Assembly: GCA_903854195.1 (NCBI GenBank)
Contig: CAINVO010000021.1
Coordinates: forward strand, 14,032 to 78,031
Source of the DNA: an uncultured bacterium
GTDB taxonomy: Bacteria > Patescibacteriota > Minisyncoccia > Phycocordibacterales > CAINVO01
Length of the DNA stretch: 64,000 nucleotides
Reading direction: 5' to 3'
Position numbers and translations under genes: made by a program. The notes beneath the pieces are model-generated. The model worked only from the letters and a program-made list of their open reading frames with translations. It did not search any database and was not told the origin of the DNA. Positions within the stretch are counted from its first letter, which is position 1; the number at the start of each line of letters is the position of its first letter. Positions 19,182 through 28,763 of the stretch are shown here, one piece after another.

Positions 19182-20396
19182 ATGAATTTTAAATACACAG
19201 CCATTGGCGCAGATGGTAAAACAATAAAAGTTATAAAAGATGCTAAAAACAAGGCTGCTCTTTTTCATGAAATAAAGAAAAACGGTGAGACCCTCGTCTC
19301 TGTTGAAGAGGTGACAGAAAAAATTTCACACAGACAGATATCATTTAGTTTTTTGAATAGTATTAGTCAATACGAAAAGATAACATTTGCTAAAAATCTA
19401 GCAGGGATGCTTGAGGCTGGATTATCTTTGTCGAGGGCTCTTGCTGTAATGGAACGCCAGTCAAACAAAAAAGAACTAAGAAAAATTTTAAATGAGCTTA
19501 ATGTTTTGATTGCATCAGGTAAATCATTTAGTGAAGCTCTTGCTGAGATGCCAAAAACATTTAGCCCGTTGTTTGTTTCTATGGTTCGTGCAGGTGAGGA
19601 GAGTGGAAATGTTATCGGAGCCCTTCGTGAAGTAAGCCAGCAAATGGAGAAAAGTTATCTTTTAAAGAAAAAAGTTCATGGAGCAATGATCTATCCTTCA
19701 GTTGTATTAACCGTAATGTTGGTTATAGCTGTATTAATGTTAGTCTATGTGGTTCCAAGTTTAACCTCTACTTTTAAAGATGTTGGAGCAGATTTACCTT
19801 GGTCAACTCAATTTATTATATCTTCAAGTGATTTTATAAAAAATAATTTTATAGTTTTAATAATCGGAATGTTTATTTTAGGAATTATTTTTTATCTTTT
19901 ACTGCAAACAAGACCAGGAAAGAGATCTTGGGATTGGGTTTCGGTAAATTTGCCACTAATAGGTGAAATTGTTAAAGAAACCAATTCTGCTAGAACAACA
20001 AGAACTTTGTCCTCCCTTTTATTGTCAGGTGTTGATATGGTTATGGCTGTAAGAATAACAGGGGACATCCTCCAAAATTCATATTATAGAGATATTTTGA
20101 GAGAAACTGAAAAAGTAGTTGAAAAAGGTGAGCCAATGTCTACTGTTTTTTCGAAAAACACAAAGCTTTACCCAGTTTTTGTATCTGAAATGATGAATGT
20201 TGGAGAAGAAACTGGAAAACTTGCTCCAATGCTAGCTGGTGTTGCTACCTTTTATGAAAACGAAGTTGATCAGAAGACAAAAGATATGTCGACAATTATC
20301 GAGCCTTTTATGATGGTTGTTATAGGCGTGGCTGTTGGTTTTTTTGCAATTTCTATGATCTCTCCAATGTATTCTGTGATGAATAATATTCATTAA
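19182..20396 (+). CDS. pilC: Type IV pilus inner-membrane platform protein PilC / GspF family
   Basis: Two T2SSF repeats and three TM segments. Follows pilB. Confidence 0.8.
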   Translation: MNFKYTAIGADGKTIKVIKDAKNKAALFHEIKKNGETLVSVEEVTEKISHRQISFSFLNSISQYEKITFAKNLAGMLEAGLSLSRALAVMERQSNKKELRKILNELNVLIASGKSFSEALAEMPKTFSPLFVSMVRAGEESGNVIGALREVSQQMEKSYLLKKKVHGAMIYPSVVLTVMLVIAVLMLVYVVPSLTSTFKDVGADLPWSTQFIISSSDFIKNNFIVLIIGMFILGIIFYLLLQTRPGKRSWDWVSVNLPLIGEIVKETNSARTTRTLSSLLLSGVDMVMAVRITGDILQNSYYRDILRETEKVVEKGEPMSTVFSKNTKLYPVFVSEMMNVGEETGKLAPMLAGVATFYENEVDQKTKDMSTIIEPFMMVVIGVAVGFFAISMISPMYSVMNNIH

Positions 20397-20433
20397 TTTT
20401 GAAGTTTTGTTTTTTTGGTAAAATTTTATAAAA

Positions 20434-20880
20434 ATGAACTCACTAATTGAACTATTAATTGCTTTAGGTATAGGGATTTTATTGGTAGGAATTTCCTTCT
20501 TCTCATTTAGTGGTTTGGTAAACTATAACGCTCTAGATAAGGATTCTTCCACTGTGATATCCTATATTCAAAACGCACGAAATTTAACGCTTTCCTCAAA
20601 AAATTATAAAGAATATGGTGTGCATTTTGCTAGCTCAACTGTAACTGTGTTTCCAGGTACATCTTATTCAAACTCTTCAGAAAATTTGGTTTATACTTTG
20701 AATCCACGCGTTGTAATAAAATCTATCGATTTGGTTGGTGGCGGAAATGATTTTTATTTTAATAAGGTGACGGGGAAGCCAAGTGCATCAGGAGCAATCA
20801 CATTGTCACTCATTCCAAATAATTCTAATTCAAGTTCAACTCGCACGATAAGCATTTACGCTACGGGTTTGTCAGAGTAA
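20434..20880 (+). CDS. Pilin/pseudopilin-like protein with an atypical leader
   Basis: N-terminal 'MNSLIELLIALGIGILLV' is a prepilin-like hydrophobic helix with Glu near +5. It lacks the canonical Gly at -1. Confidence 0.45.
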   Translation: MNSLIELLIALGIGILLVGISFFSFSGLVNYNALDKDSSTVISYIQNARNLTLSSKNYKEYGVHFASSTVTVFPGTSYSNSSENLVYTLNPRVVIKSIDLVGGGNDFYFNKVTGKPSASGAITLSLIPNNSNSSSTRTISIYATGLSE

Positions 20881-20889
20881 AATACAATT

Positions 20890-21390
20890 ATGTTTTCTGA
20901 AAAAAATAAATCAGATTTTTCAAGGGGGGTTAGTCTCGTTGAAGTTTTGATTGGGGCATCAATAATCACTATAGCTCTTGTTGTTATAGTAAATATTTAC
21001 GCGTCACTTGTTTCAATTTCAATAAGAAACACACCTAGAATTCAGGCAACTCTTTTGGCAGAAGAAGGAATAGAAGCTGTAAAAATTATGAGGGATGGTG
21101 ATTGGACATCCAACATTGGAACACTGTCTAATTCAACGAACTACCATCTATATTGGAATGGCACCTCATGGATTTCGACAACCACATCGTTTTTAATTGA
21201 TGATGTTTTTGATAGAAATTTTACCATCTCTGATGTTTATAGGGATTCAAATTTTAACATTACAAATACTGGCGGGGGTACTTTTGATGCAGGAAGTAAG
21301 AAAGTTACAGTTACCGTCTCGTGGGCAAATTCAAATGGAACATCAACAACCTTTTTGTCTGGGTATGTTTTTAATACATTCAATAACTAA
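20890..21390 (+). CDS. Type IV prepilin-like protein (class III signal peptide)
   Basis: '...SRG|VSLVEVLIGASIITIALVVI' gives the canonical G|(F/V)xxxE cleavage/methylation motif. Confidence 0.6.
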   Translation: MFSEKNKSDFSRGVSLVEVLIGASIITIALVVIVNIYASLVSISIRNTPRIQATLLAEEGIEAVKIMRDGDWTSNIGTLSNSTNYHLYWNGTSWISTTTSFLIDDVFDRNFTISDVYRDSNFNITNTGGGTFDAGSKKVTVTVSWANSNGTSTTFLSGYVFNTFNN

Positions 21391-21402
21391 AGGTAATTTA
21401 AA

Positions 21403-21957
21403 ATGAAAAAATATTTTTATAAAATTAGAAAAATAGATTTAAAAAAGAATATTAAAGATAATATGGCTTTTTCATTAGTTGAAACTATCATTTATGTTGC
21501 ACTCCTAGCTATTATTTTAACAGTAATAATAGATTCAATTTTAGTGATGAGTAATGCTTATCGTTCAGTGACAGTTACTAGAAATATTGAAGATACCGCA
21601 CTGATTTCAATGGATAGGATGACTAGAGAAATTAGAAACGCTTCAAGTATCGATGAAACACAAACAGTATATAACAATGATCATGGGGCTATATTTTTAA
21701 ATTCAATTGATGCATCAAATACACCAACGTCTATAAAGTTTTATTTAAGTGGTCAAAGAATATTGATAGATGAGAATGGCACTTATCTTGGACCTATCAC
21801 TTCATCAAATGTCTTAGTTGATTCCTTGTACTTTAGGCCAATAGTTTCATCCTCATCTGTAGGTATAAAAATTGAAATGGTATTGGAATCTGGAACTGGT
21901 CAATATTTAAAAAAGGTAAATTTTTATGACACTGTTGTATTAAGAGGTTCGTATTAA
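21403..21957 (+). CDS. Type IV prepilin-like protein (Ala at -1)
   Basis: '...DNMA|FSLVETIIYVALLAIIL' has a prepilin motif with Ala instead of Gly at -1. Confidence 0.5.
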   Translation: MKKYFYKIRKIDLKKNIKDNMAFSLVETIIYVALLAIILTVIIDSILVMSNAYRSVTVTRNIEDTALISMDRMTREIRNASSIDETQTVYNNDHGAIFLNSIDASNTPTSIKFYLSGQRILIDENGTYLGPITSSNVLVDSLYFRPIVSSSSVGIKIEMVLESGTGQYLKKVNFYDTVVLRGSY

Positions 21958-21972
21958 AATATTAAATTAATA

Positions 21973-23298
21973 ATGAAAAAAGAGCACCAACTAAATATTC
22001 ATCAATCCGGGCAAGCGGTACTAACGGCGGTGATTTTCTTTCTCGTCATTTCTCTCCCTATCGTAATGGGTGTTTCAACTCCAGTAACTTTTCAAGCAAG
22101 AGCTGTGTCTGATTTTATTGCTTCAAAACAAGGTTATGTTTTAGCTGATTCACTAAATGATGATGTTTTGTATAGGTTGAATAATGGACAGACATTGCCT
22201 TCAACAATTGTTTTAGGCTTGAATAACGCAACGGCAACAGCCGGAGTTACTTCAAGTGGTGGTGTGGTAGATATTTTAACATCGGGACTAGTTGGAAATA
22301 ACATAACTCGTGTAGTTAGGGGAATATTTAGGCAGGGAGTTGGCATTTCACTAAACTACGCAATACAGGCAGGAGACGGTGGAATAAATTTTTCTAACGG
22401 ATCGGGTGTAAATGGGAGTGTCTATTCTGAAGGATCTGTTGTTGGGGATGATAACTCATATATTTCGGGATCTGCCACGGTTTCAAGTAGTACAGCTTCA
22501 ATTAATGGTAGTTACTCAGGTGCAATGTCTATAGGAAATGGGGTTTATGGGGATTCCTTCGCTAATGCAGTAATGAACACAAAGGTTTCTGGAAATTTAT
22601 ATTGTCAAACGGGTAGCGGTAATATTAATTGGACCTCAGCAAGTATTTATTGTAATACCTCAAGAGCAAATCCAATCTCTCTAAATTTTCCTATAACAGA
22701 TAATCAAATCCAAGCGTGGAAAGATAACGCTTCAAATGGAAGTGTAATCCATCCTACTGCCGGACAATACGTTTTGGATGGAACATCGACGGCTACCCTT
22801 GGACCAGCAAAAATTGTCGGCAATTTGGATATTAAAGATAGTGCCGTTGTCACTCTAGGTGGAAATTTGTGGGTTACTGGAAATATCACCATTGAAGATT
22901 ATGGAAAAATTCAATTAGCAAGCAGTTTTGATTCAAACAGCTCTGTTGTTTTGGCAGATAAAAAAGTACTAATAACAGGTGGAAGTCAGGTTGTGGGGAC
23001 TGGAGTTGATGGAAGTTATGTAATGGTTGTTGATACAAGTAACTGCCCAGAAGACGTTTCGTGTGGGTCACAGCCTGCAATATTAACCAACGGATGGACG
23101 GGATCAGCCCTTCTTGTGGCCCCAAATGGAAGCATTAATCTTGACGGTGGCACAACTACAGGTGCTATAATCGGTAAAAAAGTTTCTCTATTAGGGACTT
23201 CGACTGTTATGTATGGTGGGGGGTTAATAAAATTAAATTTTTATTCTAGTTCAACTGAGCCATGGAATGTTAAAACTTTGGAAGAAGTTGCTAATTGA
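21973..23298 (+). CDS. PilX-N-like minor pilin / pilus tip protein with a Gly/Ser/Asn/Thr-rich beta-helix-like C-terminal domain
   Basis: N-terminus 'HQSGQAVLTAVIFFLVISLPIV' resembles the PilX N-terminal domain. The C-terminal region has repetitive 'G.N..I.D....TLGGNLWVTGNITI'-type beta-helix repeats. Confidence 0.45.
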   Translation: MKKEHQLNIHQSGQAVLTAVIFFLVISLPIVMGVSTPVTFQARAVSDFIASKQGYVLADSLNDDVLYRLNNGQTLPSTIVLGLNNATATAGVTSSGGVVDILTSGLVGNNITRVVRGIFRQGVGISLNYAIQAGDGGINFSNGSGVNGSVYSEGSVVGDDNSYISGSATVSSSTASINGSYSGAMSIGNGVYGDSFANAVMNTKVSGNLYCQTGSGNINWTSASIYCNTSRANPISLNFPITDNQIQAWKDNASNGSVIHPTAGQYVLDGTSTATLGPAKIVGNLDIKDSAVVTLGGNLWVTGNITIEDYGKIQLASSFDSNSSVVLADKKVLITGGSQVVGTGVDGSYVMVVDTSNCPEDVSCGSQPAILTNGWTGSALLVAPNGSINLDGGTTTGAIIGKKVSLLGTSTVMYGGGLIKLNFYSSSTEPWNVKTLEEVAN

Positions 23299-23331
23299 TA
23301 TTGGTTTTATTGGGCATGATATAATGTTTTA

Positions 23332-24234
23332 ATGAAGAAAAAAGTAAAAAAAGTTTCAAAAAAGCTAATTAAAAGCAAAAAAACTCATAAAAAAGATATC
23401 AGTAAACCGTCTAAAAAAAATATTCAAAAGAAACAGGTCATAAGTCCAAAAATTTTAAGAAAGAAAAAAATAGTCATTGGTAATTGGAAAGAAAATCCAG
23501 CTACTTCTGAGGATGTGAAGAATATTATCTCTGGAGTAAAGTCTGTTGTTAAAGATCTCAAAAAAACAGATATTATTTTGTGTGCTCCGCACGCCTTTAT
23601 TTCACAAGTCTCGAGCTCATTTTCAAAAAATTTAAATAAAAATGTCAGTGTTGGTGCACAAGATTTATCTGTAAAGAAAGGTGGGTCATTCACTGGTGAA
23701 GTGTCGGGCACAATGATCCGAAGTGTTGGAGCAACTTATGTAATTATCGGGCACTCCGAAAGGCGAGCTGTTGGAGAAACAGATGAGATTGTTAATACAA
23801 AATTACTTCTAGCTCTTCAGTCCGATCTAAAACCAATTGTTTGTGTTGGCGAAAGTGTGCGTGACGATCAAGGTGAATATCTTTCATATATTAAAAATCA
23901 AATAAAATCTGCACTAAATGGAATGTCTCCAAAATATGCTGACAAAATAATTATCGCGTATGAACCTATTTGGGCAGTGGGTAGTAAAGAGATGCAAACT
24001 GTATCTCCGTATGAGATGCATCAAATGAGTATTTTTATTAAAAAGTATTTAATTGAAATACTGGGTTTAGCTCCAGCCACAATGGTGCCCGTAGTTTATG
24101 GAGGCTCTGTTACGGCAGAAAATGCAGCGGCTATCGTTGGTGAAGGGGAGGCTGATGGAGTTCTTGTGGGTAGAGAAAGTCTTGATTTGATAAAATTCAA
24201 ACAACTATTAAAAAATGTAGATTTAGTAAAATAA
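23332..24234 (+). CDS. tpiA: Triosephosphate isomerase with a ~45-aa Lys-rich N-terminal extension
   Basis: 'IVIGNWKEN', 'IIGHSERR', 'YEPIWAVGS' and 'GGSV' are TIM motifs. The preceding 'MKKKVKKVSKKLIKSKKTHKK...' has no TIM counterpart. Confidence 0.8.
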   Translation: MKKKVKKVSKKLIKSKKTHKKDISKPSKKNIQKKQVISPKILRKKKIVIGNWKENPATSEDVKNIISGVKSVVKDLKKTDIILCAPHAFISQVSSSFSKNLNKNVSVGAQDLSVKKGGSFTGEVSGTMIRSVGATYVIIGHSERRAVGETDEIVNTKLLLALQSDLKPIVCVGESVRDDQGEYLSYIKNQIKSALNGMSPKYADKIIIAYEPIWAVGSKEMQTVSPYEMHQMSIFIKKYLIEILGLAPATMVPVVYGGSVTAENAAAIVGEGEADGVLVGRESLDLIKFKQLLKNVDLVK

Positions 24235-24237
24235 AAA

Positions 24238-25434
24238 ATGACAGAAGAAAATATAAAATTACCTGTATCCGTTGTTGATTATGCAAAAAGTAATTCCATT
24301 AACGGAAAAACAATATTAGTGAGAGTTGATTTCAATGTACCTATTGAGAATGGGGTCGTCTCAGGGGATACTCGTATTAAAAGAAGTTTGGACACTATTA
24401 ATTTTCTTATTGATCAAAAAGCTAAAATTATTTTGATAAGCCACATTGAGGGTAAAGGGGGTGATTCATTAAGACCAGTGTACGATTTTATAAAAAATAC
24501 TTTTCCTGTAAGTTTTGTTGAAGATATTCTTGGAGAGGAGGGACAAACCGCAATTTCTAAATTAATTCCTGGAGAAGTTATTCTGGCCGAAAACATCAGA
24601 ATGTATCCTGAAGAAAAGAAAAATGATATAGATTTCTCCAAGAAACTAGCCAGTTTAGCCGACATTTACGTAAACGATGCGTTTTCTGTTTCTCATCGAT
24701 CCCATGCTTCAATTGTTGGGGTTCCTCAGTTTGTTCCGCATTTTGCAGGTCTACTTTTGATTGATGAAATTGTTCATCTGCAGAAAATTTTCCATCCAAA
24801 ACATCCATTTGTTTTTATCCTAGGTGGTGCAAAATTTGATACAAAATTACCACTAATTCAAAAATTCCTTTCAGTTGCGGATCATGTTTTTGTGGGCGGC
24901 GCGTTAGCAAATGATATTTTTAAAGCCAAAGGTTTTAATGTGGGAGCTTCTTTGGTGTCAGACATGTCTTCTGTTCAAAATATTTCTAATCAAATTTTCT
25001 CAATGAAAGATTTTATTGAAAATCCAAAACTTGTTACGCCAAGTGATGTTGTTGTCCAAAAAGAGGGAATTAAAGGTGTTGATGGTTGTGTGATAAAAAA
25101 AACCAATGAAGTGTTGGAAGATGAGGTGATCTTTGATTCAGGACCAGAGACAGTTGAATTTTTAAAAAAATTAGTAAGTGAATCGAAGTGTGTCTTGTGG
25201 AACGGGCCTCTAGGAAATTACGAAGAAGGATTTACAGGTCCAACAATTGAACTTGCAAAAATAATTGCAGAGACTGGGGTAGATGGTGCTGTTGGGGGAG
25301 GAGATACACTGGCCGCAATAAATACTCTTGGAGATACTGTGGAATCAAAAATAAATTTTATTTCAACAGGAGGGGGCGCAATGCTTCAATATCTTTTAGA
25401 TGAAACATTGGTTGGAATAGATGCTCTGAAATAA
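24238..25434 (+). CDS. pgk: Phosphoglycerate kinase
   Basis: 'KTILVRVDFNVP' N-terminal motif and C-terminal 'GGGA' nucleotide-binding region. Adjacent to tpiA. Confidence 0.9.
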   Translation: MTEENIKLPVSVVDYAKSNSINGKTILVRVDFNVPIENGVVSGDTRIKRSLDTINFLIDQKAKIILISHIEGKGGDSLRPVYDFIKNTFPVSFVEDILGEEGQTAISKLIPGEVILAENIRMYPEEKKNDIDFSKKLASLADIYVNDAFSVSHRSHASIVGVPQFVPHFAGLLLIDEIVHLQKIFHPKHPFVFILGGAKFDTKLPLIQKFLSVADHVFVGGALANDIFKAKGFNVGASLVSDMSSVQNISNQIFSMKDFIENPKLVTPSDVVVQKEGIKGVDGCVIKKTNEVLEDEVIFDSGPETVEFLKKLVSESKCVLWNGPLGNYEEGFTGPTIELAKIIAETGVDGAVGGGDTLAAINTLGDTVESKINFISTGGGAMLQYLLDETLVGIDALK

Positions 25435-25450
25435 ATGCTAAAATATTTAT

Positions 25451-25873
25451 TTAGATTATTTTCTCGCGAATCTTTTCAGCTACAAGTTCTGCTTCACCGT
25501 CGGCATATTTTTTATGAGAACCGAATACTAACCCGTCATCATTTTTTCTTGGAATGATGTGTGTATGGGAGTGAAAAATAACCTGGCCCGCTGCAGGTTC
25601 ATTATTCATGGATATGTTTATTCCATCTGCGTCTAGCGCATTTTTTATAGCTATAGATATTTTTTTAACTGTAAGAGCTATACGGCACAATGTTTCATCT
25701 GGTAAACCATAGATATTTTCAAAATGGTCTTTTGGTATTACCTGAGTATGTCCAATGCTGTTTGGGTTTATGTCTAAAAAAGCAAAAGTGTAGTCATCCT
25801 CGAATACTTTTGTTGTTGAAATTTCCCCTGATATTATTTTACAAAATAGGCAGTTTGGGTCAGATGTGTGCAT
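25451..25873 (-). CDS. HIT-family (histidine triad) nucleotide hydrolase
   Basis: 'HSHTHIIPR' is the HxHxHxx triad. Confidence 0.8.
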   Translation of the reverse strand: MHTSDPNCLFCKIISGEISTTKVFEDDYTFAFLDINPNSIGHTQVIPKDHFENIYGLPDETLCRIALTVKKISIAIKNALDADGINISMNNEPAAGQVIFHSHTHIIPRKNDDGLVFGSHKKYADGEAELVAEKIREKII

Positions 25874-25976
25874 GTATTTTTTATGATTTATATGTTTTTA
25901 TTATACACAATAAATAAAAAAATCACCCGCCAGACATAGTCCGACGGGTGAAAGTATTGGTTTCAGCGGTTAGTTT

Positions 25977-26666
25977 TTATCCGACCGTTTGAGCAATTGT
26001 TTTTTTAGCAGAAGCCACCTCTGCCTGAATTTTTTCTTGAGCTGATTTGAAATATTTGTCCCAAGAAATGTGGCCACGGATCAGTCCAAACTTCTTGGCA
26101 ATTTCAAATGCCCGACTGAACTGATTTCGGAGTTCAGTCGCTGTTTCTTGTTTACCTGATTTTTCGTGCTGAATGATTGTGTAGGCCCTTGATTCTAAAC
26201 AACCCTCCACTTTTTCAGGACTGATTTTTACCTGGAGGATGCTCCAGCAAAAACTCTCGTATAGTTCGAGAATGTCCTCGTAGTATTTTTCAAAGCTGCC
26301 GTACAAGGGGCCTTGAGTCTCAAATATAACGAAGAATCCAATCCTTATGATAAAGATCCCAAGAGTGAGTAGTCCGAGGTACAATCCGATAACAGTCCAC
26401 ATGCTAATGATTTTTGATGTGGAGTCGCCGGCCAATGTTCCTGTTGTGTGCATAATAATCGCGGTTGCGATTATTGGCACCAAGATGGAAATTATCCAGT
26501 AAATAAGGCCTTCAATCGAGAATTTCTCCTCGGTTTGATGTTTTTCCATAAAAGGATCAATTTCATTGTTGGCTTTTGCCCACTCATATCTTATTGTTTC
26601 CTCGACTTTGCCGTTGTAGTGTAAGTCTAGAACTGTTGCTATTTTAGCTGATTTCGTCATTTTCAA
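25977..26666 (-). CDS. Hypothetical membrane protein (2-3 TM helices)
   Basis: Hydrophobic segments 'LIYWIISILVPIIATAIIM' and 'VIGLYLGLLTLGIFIIRIGFFVIF'. No recognisable catalytic motif. Confidence 0.35.
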   Translation of the reverse strand: MKMTKSAKIATVLDLHYNGKVEETIRYEWAKANNEIDPFMEKHQTEEKFSIEGLIYWIISILVPIIATAIIMHTTGTLAGDSTSKIISMWTVIGLYLGLLTLGIFIIRIGFFVIFETQGPLYGSFEKYYEDILELYESFCWSILQVKISPEKVEGCLESRAYTIIQHEKSGKQETATELRNQFSRAFEIAKKFGLIRGHISWDKYFKSAQEKIQAEVASAKKTIAQTVG

Positions 26667-26883
26667 ATGCCATGATTTTAGGATTATGGGGCTTCAGGCC
26701 CAGTCATGGCAACTTCAGGTCGCCAATAACCACTTCATTTTCCTGAATAGTTTGGCGATCTATTCTATGCTAATAGTACAACATATTTATACTTTTTGCA
26801 ATACCCTTGGCTCAAATATTCCTATTTGTAGAGTGATTTGGAAAAACGCACTATATGTTTTTTGTTTGTGTTAAAATAGCCCA

Positions 26884-28755
26884 ATGTCAGTTTCCAAACT
26901 AAATTCTAGTCTATCTGAGTACCCTGAATTAATGCAATCTTTACTTATTAGTAAGGGAATAAAAACCAAAGAGGAGGCTGAAGATTTTTTAACTATTGAT
27001 TATTCAAAGGTCCATGACCCTATGCTTTTAAAGGATATGGATAAGGCTTTGGAACGTATTACTTTGGCTATAAAGCAATGCTTTGATGGTACTTTGAGAC
27101 CAAACCAAATTTTGATTTTTAGCGACTATGATCATGACGGCGTTCCAGGTGCTGTAATTTTTTATGATTTTTTTAAAAAAATTGGACTGGCCGGCGTGAC
27201 AGATTCATTAGGTAATATGTTACCTGAGAAAAACGTTAGGGTTTACATTCCGCATCGACACCATGAAGGCTTCGGTTTAAATCTTGAAGCAATAGATTCT
27301 TTTTCAAAGGAGGAGGTCAAGCTGATGATTACCATTGATTGTGGAATTACAGATGTCGAGGAGGTCGCACGCGCAAAAAAATTGGGTATAGACGTCATAA
27401 TCACAGACCATCATATGACCCCTGATGTTTTACCTGAGGCATTTGCAATAATAAATCCAAAACAAAAAGACTGTGCTTATCCAGAAAAAATGCTGTGTGG
27501 TTCGGGTGTGATTTATAAAGTTGTGCAGGCACTTCTTTTTTACAAGCCTCTTCGAGATCTACTTGAAACTAAGGATATAAAAATAACTGAAGGTTGGGAG
27601 AAGTGGCTTCTTGATATGGTGGGCATTGCCACTCTTTCTGATATGGTTCCGCTTGTGGGTGAAAATCGAATATTTGCACATTATGGTTTGAGGGTTTTAA
27701 GAAAGTCTCCACGGTTGGGGCTCGGTGCACTACTTAGAAAATTAAAAATTGATCAAAGGTATTTATCTGAGGATGATATTGGATTCATGATTTCTCCAAG
27801 AATAAATGCCGCCTCTAGAATGGGGATACCTTATGATGCATTTAGATTATTGTCTACGGAAAATGTCGTAGAGGCTGGAGCTCTAGCTGACCACCTGGAT
27901 AAAATAAATAGTGAACGGAAAGGAAAGGTTGCTGCTTTGTCCAAAGAAATTAAGAAAGTGTTAAATGAAAAATTTGGAATTGTTGAAGGTGGTCAAAGTT
28001 ACAATACAAAAAATAACAGTGAAGACGAAAGCAAAGATGAAAGTTCTAACATTCCAGATGTAATAGTTTTTGGTAATCCAAACTGGAGTCCTGCACTTCT
28101 TGGTTTAGTTGCAGGTAATATTGTTGAGCAATATGATCGACCAGTTTTTCTGTGGGGAAGAGACGGTGACGACATGACAGTTCTAAAAGGTTCGTGTCGT
28201 TCGAATGATCGAGCAAGTGTTGTTGAAATTATGAAAATGGCATCTGAAGAAAATATAGGAATGTTTAAAGATTTTGGAGGACACAGTGCTGCAGGAGGTT
28301 TTAGTATTTTTTCTGAAAAAATACATAATATTTCAGAAGCACTAAATAGTAGTTTTTTAAATATTGTGGATATTGAAAGTAAAAAAAATGATAAGGATAA
28401 ATCAGAAAATAACAAAGAGAATAAAAAATTTGATCGTGAAATATCTGTTGATGATGTGAATTGGCAAAATTATTCCATTGTAGAAAAGATGGCGCCATAC
28501 GGTACAGGAAATCCAAAGCCAGTTTTTTTGATAAGAGACATTTTTGCAGAAGAGATTAAATTGTTTGGAAAAGAAAAAAATCATTTAGAAATTTTAATGA
28601 AAAATACAGCTGGAAAAAAAGTTTCAGCAATCGGGTTTTTTATGGATATTGGAAACCTAAAAAAGGATACAAAAATTGATTTACTTTGTACCATGGAAAA
28701 GTCACACTTTCGTAATTTTCCAGAGCTTCGGTTGCGAATTGTCGGTATGATATAA
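26884..28755 (+). CDS. recJ: Single-stranded-DNA-specific exonuclease RecJ
   Basis: DHH motifs 'IFSDYDHDGV', 'ITIDCG' and 'IITDHHMTP'. DHHA1 'GGHSAAGG'. The OB-fold-bearing C-terminus contains a low-complexity insert. Confidence 0.8.
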   Translation: MSVSKLNSSLSEYPELMQSLLISKGIKTKEEAEDFLTIDYSKVHDPMLLKDMDKALERITLAIKQCFDGTLRPNQILIFSDYDHDGVPGAVIFYDFFKKIGLAGVTDSLGNMLPEKNVRVYIPHRHHEGFGLNLEAIDSFSKEEVKLMITIDCGITDVEEVARAKKLGIDVIITDHHMTPDVLPEAFAIINPKQKDCAYPEKMLCGSGVIYKVVQALLFYKPLRDLLETKDIKITEGWEKWLLDMVGIATLSDMVPLVGENRIFAHYGLRVLRKSPRLGLGALLRKLKIDQRYLSEDDIGFMISPRINAASRMGIPYDAFRLLSTENVVEAGALADHLDKINSERKGKVAALSKEIKKVLNEKFGIVEGGQSYNTKNNSEDESKDESSNIPDVIVFGNPNWSPALLGLVAGNIVEQYDRPVFLWGRDGDDMTVLKGSCRSNDRASVVEIMKMASEENIGMFKDFGGHSAAGGFSIFSEKIHNISEALNSSFLNIVDIESKKNDKDKSENNKENKKFDREISVDDVNWQNYSIVEKMAPYGTGNPKPVFLIRDIFAEEIKLFGKEKNHLEILMKNTAGKKVSAIGFFMDIGNLKKDTKIDLLCTMEKSHFRNFPELRLRIVGMI

Positions 28756-28763
28756 TCATCGAC

